IMG/VR virus record: IMGVR_UViG_3300042484_001250
Location: 1-64,000 of that record
Source: an uncultured virus (IMG/VR IMGVR_UViG_3300042484_001250)
Lineage: Duplodnaviria > Heunggongvirae > Uroviricota > Caudoviricetes
DNA length: 64,000 bases
Direction: 5' to 3' (one strand)
Shown here in pieces: positions 59,832-64,000 of this stretch. A program made the position numbers and the translations under genes. The number at the start of each line of letters is the position of its first letter. Position 1 is the first letter of the stretch. Under the pieces are notes generated by a model, which was given only the letters and a program-made list of their open reading frames with translations, searched no databases and had not been told where the DNA came from.

Positions 59832-60503
59832 ATGAAAAATAATGTAACATCAATTGGTTTAAACGTTAGTGAGTTAGGTACTAACTTTCTATTGTTCATC
59901 GTATCTTCTATTGTAGCAATAGGATTATGTACTCAAGCATATTTTATATATCTTAATGTTTCTGGTAACAACGAAACTGCTAGAAACTTATCAACTAAAT
60001 TTGATGAGAAGTTTAATGGGTATTACAAAAACACACCAGGCAACATATTCTATAATGATGATGATACAATATATCATATGGAAGAAAACGAAGTGTGGGT
60101 TGACGGTGTAACTAATCAAGTTAAAATTGGTAAGTTAGCCGGAAATCGTAATTTAGAATTTGGAGTTAAAAACATATTGGAAGAGTATATTCAGGAAACC
60201 GGATTTGCTCTAACTGAAAACGCAAGTAAAAAAATTAAAGTTGAGATAATATATTTAGATGTACTCACAACAAAAAAGAACATATCGGTTTTTCATAGTA
60301 ATGAAGAAGAGGTAGTTATTCGTTTACGTGGAATGTTATATAAAGATGGTAAAAAAGTGAAAGATGTTATAGTGGAGGAATCATCATCGGAAGTATCAAT
60401 GTCAACGCTGATAGTAGACGGTGGTGGTAAGTTCAATCAAACTTCTTTAAGCAATGCGCTGAAGAAAGGTTCTGGTAAACTTATTACTAAACTATTTCAG
60501 TAA
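59832..60503 (+). CDS. Membrane-anchored envelope protein (possible CsgG/LptE-like fold)
   Basis: N-terminal TM and alpha/beta C-terminal domain; first gene of the secreted-protein operon. Confidence 0.5.
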   Translation: MKNNVTSIGLNVSELGTNFLLFIVSSIVAIGLCTQAYFIYLNVSGNNETARNLSTKFDEKFNGYYKNTPGNIFYNDDDTIYHMEENEVWVDGVTNQVKIGKLAGNRNLEFGVKNILEEYIQETGFALTENASKKIKVEIIYLDVLTTKKNISVFHSNEEEVVIRLRGMLYKDGKKVKDVIVEESSSEVSMSTLIVDGGGKFNQTSLSNALKKGSGKLITKLFQ

Positions 60504-62129
60504 ATGAAAAATTTCTTATTGGCTGTGGTACTTTCATTGGTATCACTTACATCTTTTGGTCAATTGATTATTAACCAAGAGGTAGTAAACTCAAAACCTT
60601 ATAGAGTTGGTGATACACTAACTATAAGATATAACATTATCAAAGGAACTACAAACCCTAGATACCTTTGGATGCGTTATCAATACTCAAACAAACACTT
60701 ACAAAAATTAGGTCAAACTGTATTCTCACAAGGACAAACTGCTCAAAACTTTGAAGCAACTTGGCCAAATTATATGTTTGGTCAAAATCCTACAATCGGA
60801 GTTGGTGAATTGGATAAACAATATGGTTCAACACCTTGGAACTATACCGCAAACAATGATTGGATAGCAAAGCAATTTACAACCCAAAGAGCGGATGCGG
60901 TAATTGATGGATTATGGGCAACTGAAAAGTATATCTTATTAGAAAATACATCTTATCAAGCAATACACAAATTGGATTTAGCAACTGCAACTGGAACAAA
61001 CGATGCGGCAATCACACCAATTGGTTCTCAAGTTCTTCAATTATCATTTGCTACTGGAGATGTAAAATACGTTGCGGCATTTAGAGTAAAAGTTGGGTAT
61101 CCATCCGGATTTAACCCTACATCATTATCTGTTTTAATTCAACCATTGAATACAGATGGAACTACTAATTTTACTGCTCCACAAATAGCAAAGAAAGCAT
61201 TAAACTCAGCAGGAATTGCAGATTTTGAACAATTTAACATTGGTGATAAGTTTGGAGTATATATTGTTCCAACTACTGGAGCAGATTACCTAAACAATGT
61301 GGTAACTGTTACGGATGCTTATAGAGCATTCTTAGCAGTAACCGATGTTGGATTAAATGGAACATCATCAGTATTCCAGTATCCTGCAATTGAAAAGGTG
61401 ATTGGTAATGTAACAATTGGTGATGGTGATTTTAATACAAATGATGCTTATTATTTATTTGCACACATTTTAGGACAAGATGTTGCTTCAAAGGCAAATA
61501 TAACAAGACAAGCGGCAAATCCATTACAATTTATATCGGTAAAACAATCGGCATTTCCAAACTTTGCAGCTGCGGCAACTAACAATTCTGTTACTATTGC
61601 ATCGGCAAATCAAACAGAATTGTTCTCTTATGCGTTTAGTGGTGATTTGGATTTCTCTCACTCATCTAACCCTGGTAACCCAATAACGGCAAATAGTGTA
61701 GGTGGACAAGGAACAATGAATAGAACGATAGCTAACACAGGTATCTACGCAAATCAAGTTACTAAAACTGCAACATTAAGTTTATCATCTAAAATTGAAA
61801 ACAACAAAGTTATCCTAAGTGGTAACTTAACACAAGAAGGATTGGCAGGTTTGGAAGTTATTTTGAAATACGATGACTCTAAATTAACTTTGGATGGTAT
61901 TGTATTTGATGCTGGTTCAACTGTAACTAACTTCTCAACTAACAAAGATGGTAGATTAACATTTGGTTCTATGGACCAAATTAAAACTGGTAGAATTAAA
62001 ACTGGTACACCATACAAATTAACTTTCACATCTAATGTTCCTTTAACAAATACCGCTGGTTTATTCTATACTGAATTAGCAGATGCAGTTGATGGAAAAG
62101 GAAATAAGATTGGATTAAATGTAGAGTAA
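60504..62129 (+). CDS. Secreted protein with dockerin-like and cohesin-like regions
   Basis: Signal peptide; VTVTDAY, GDGDFNTNDAY, GDLDFSH; C-terminal AGLEVILKYDDSKL. Confidence 0.65.
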   Translation: MKNFLLAVVLSLVSLTSFGQLIINQEVVNSKPYRVGDTLTIRYNIIKGTTNPRYLWMRYQYSNKHLQKLGQTVFSQGQTAQNFEATWPNYMFGQNPTIGVGELDKQYGSTPWNYTANNDWIAKQFTTQRADAVIDGLWATEKYILLENTSYQAIHKLDLATATGTNDAAITPIGSQVLQLSFATGDVKYVAAFRVKVGYPSGFNPTSLSVLIQPLNTDGTTNFTAPQIAKKALNSAGIADFEQFNIGDKFGVYIVPTTGADYLNNVVTVTDAYRAFLAVTDVGLNGTSSVFQYPAIEKVIGNVTIGDGDFNTNDAYYLFAHILGQDVASKANITRQAANPLQFISVKQSAFPNFAAAATNNSVTIASANQTELFSYAFSGDLDFSHSSNPGNPITANSVGGQGTMNRTIANTGIYANQVTKTATLSLSSKIENNKVILSGNLTQEGLAGLEVILKYDDSKLTLDGIVFDAGSTVTNFSTNKDGRLTFGSMDQIKTGRIKTGTPYKLTFTSNVPLTNTAGLFYTELADAVDGKGNKIGLNVE

Positions 62130-64000
62130 TGAGAAAACTACTTGTTGTAATATTAATATTATTATCCAGTAGTATATCCATAGCACAATCCATTACACAA
62201 CCGCTCTCTAAAAAGTTTGAATTAAACGTAAGTGGGCAGGCGTGTAGTGGATTTGTTTTGAATGGGTTTACTTCTACTGATATTTTATTGGCATCAATAG
62301 GGTTTATCAATCCACCCGCGGGTACAACATTTAACATAACCACAACAACTGGTTTAACACCAGCATCTGGATTTACTTTAACTGGTAATAAAGCTAGATT
62401 AGTATTTACAGGTACACAAGCAAACATAAATGCAGCATTAGCAACGTTAAGAATAAATACAGGTACAACTGCTGGTAGTGTTCAGATATCGGTATCGGCA
62501 ACTGTAAATCCACCAGGATATTATTATAATCCAATCAATGGACACTTTTATTTACCAGTAACTCCGGGAGCATCTTATACGGCAGCTAGAGCAGCATCTC
62601 TATTAACTACATTTAAAGGTCAAACGGGATATTTGGTAACGATTACTTCTGCCGATGAAAATGCATTTATATTTGCTAATGTACCACAAGCTAATATATG
62701 GTTTGCGGCAACGGATGAAGTTAAAGATGGAACTTGGGTAATTGATGCTGGGCCTGAAAAGGGAACGATAATGAAAACATCAAATGGACAATTTACAGGA
62801 AACGTTTCGGATGTGTATAATAACTGGGCACCTGGTGAACCAAATGGAAATAATGGTAGCGAAAATTATGCGGTAACAAATTGGAATGGACAATCAACTT
62901 GGAACGATTTATCAAATAATTGGACTAATCCATACATAATTGAATATGGAACTTGGACTAACCCTAGTGCACAAACATTTACAAACTTCTTTTCGGCAAA
63001 CGTAATAAACCCAATAGATGTACCAACCTCAAAGGTTAATTTTTATTTTGGTGGTGGTATAAATCCAGCACAATGGACAGTAAAAAGCTATACTGCAAAT
63101 GGTACAACTGCTGTAAGTGCAACTACTGGTTTAGCTTTGGGAGCAAATGGTAGTGTAAATAACATTAGTGATTTTAACAAAACTAAAACGGATATGGTAA
63201 TGTACCTATCCAAATTACCATCTACTACATTATCTAATTTGTATGGAAGTGTATTAACTGTGGGAGATGCTTATTTAGCATTTCAAGAGTTAGCAAATAG
63301 AGGATTAAGTGGAACTGAAAGTAATACTTTTACAAGTGGAGTACAATTCTTAAACGCAGATGTGGATGGTAATAATATATTTAACGAATTGGATTCATAT
63401 AGAATATTACAACACGTTATAGGTGGTACACCAATAGTTTCAACTTGGAGTGAAGATAATTTATTTAGGTTAATAAATAAAACTACATTTGATGGGATAA
63501 CCAAAGCAAATTGGGCAACTATAAATGTACCATACAAAGCAAACTATCCATTGGCAGTTGATGCTGGTATAAGTGATTATGTTTATAATGTGGTTGTTGC
63601 ACCAAAGGGGGATGTAAACCTTTCACATACAATAGCACAAAATAGACCGGCAACTCAAAGTACAAATCGTACAATGAATTTAAGTATGCCTATGGAAGTA
63701 TCAACCTATGTATCAAGCGAAATAGTGGATGGTAAGGTAGTAGTAACTATAAAAGTTAATACATTGGGGCAATTGGTAAAAGGGATTCAATTAAAGTTAA
63801 ACTATGATAGTGATATTTTAAAATATGAAAATACCGAATATACAACTTCTGGTAATCCTTTAAACTTTTCAAATGATATTGGCAACTGCATAAGTTTTGG
63901 TTCTTTAATTTATAATAGTAATGGTTTATTAAACAATAATACGGAATACAAATTAACATTTACACCAAAAGAAGTCATAACTAATACAATTGGTTTAACA
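62129..64000 (+). CDS. Secreted C-type lectin / dockerin-like / cohesin-like protein (3' truncated by window)
   Basis: Partial hand translation: MRKLLVVILILL signal; NGHFY, GYLVTITSADEN, IWFAATD, NWAPGEPN, WNDL; ADVDGNNIFNELDSY; GDVNLSH; GIQLKLNYDS. Absence from the ORF track fits an ORF that runs off the end. Confidence 0.8.
   Translation, partial: MRKLLVVILILLSSSISIAQSITQPLSKKFELNVSGQACSGFVLNGFTSTDILLASIGFINPPAGTTFNITTTTGLTPASGFTLTGNKARLVFTGTQANINAALATLRINTGTTAGSVQISVSATVNPPGYYYNPINGHFYLPVTPGASYTAARAASLLTTFKGQTGYLVTITSADENAFIFANVPQANIWFAATDEVKDGTWVIDAGPEKGTIMKTSNGQFTGNVSDVYNNWAPGEPNGNNGSENYAVTNWNGQSTWNDLSNNWTNPYIIEYGTWTNPSAQTFTNFFSANVINPIDVPTSKVNFYFGGGINPAQWTVKSYTANGTTAVSATTGLALGANGSVNNISDFNKTKTDMVMYLSKLPSTTLSNLYGSVLTVGDAYLAFQELANRGLSGTESNTFTSGVQFLNADVDGNNIFNELDSYRILQHVIGGTPIVSTWSEDNLFRLINKTTFDGITKANWATINVPYKANYPLAVDAGISDYVYNVVVAPKGDVNLSHTIAQNRPATQSTNRTMNLSMPMEVSTYVSSEIVDGKVVVTIKVNTLGQLVKGIQLKLNYDSDILKYENTEYTTSGNPLNFSNDIGNCISFGSLIYNSNGLLNNNTEYKLTFTPKEVITNTIGLT

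Noticed and set aside
62500..62950. Diversity-generating retroelement target (C-type lectin)
   Set aside because: No reverse transcriptase or template/variable repeat pair seen; the domain is internal and of the canonical EPN/WND type.
1..64000. Stop-codon reassignment
   Set aside because: Recognisable genes are full length in the standard code, TAA, TAG and TGA all end genes, and no suppressor tRNA is seen.

Overview
This window is a segment of a large, AT-rich, T4-like (jumbo-type) dsDNA bacteriophage genome. The host is inferred to be Bacteroidota because promoters fit TTG-N20-TAnnTTT(G/A) and Shine-Dalgarno sites are not evident. Almost all genes lie on the + strand and read in the standard code. 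In order, the window holds: (1) the end of a tRNA cluster (Tyr, Ser, Ser) that includes a 174-nt tRNA-Asp-like RNA with two large structured insertions; (2) modification enzymes (flavin-dependent halogenase, SAM/FkbM methyltransferases, SET domain); (3) long runs of small hypothetical genes, many in cassettes headed by a near-identical promoter-plus-hairpin leader; (4) about 17 tandem paralogues with conserved 5' ends (MLTIxN, IxNPNKLIDF and MKAP families); (5) a repeat-bearing non-coding region at about 22.75-23.55 kb; (6) an RNA-repair-like operon (phosphoesterase, kinase, AEP-like protein, Rnl1 ligase); (7) a minus-strand Oar-like TonB-dependent receptor behind a leader ORF and terminator; (8) nucleotide, repair and proteostasis genes (helicase, dCMP deaminase, PhoH, NT5C, HD, Hsp20, UvsE, ThyA, GroES, ClpS), a deformylase-like protein lacking catalytic motifs and a gp55-like sigma factor; (9) an operon of secreted cohesin/dockerin-like and C-type-lectin proteins running off the right end. 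All calls come from motif recognition by eye; no database searches were run.
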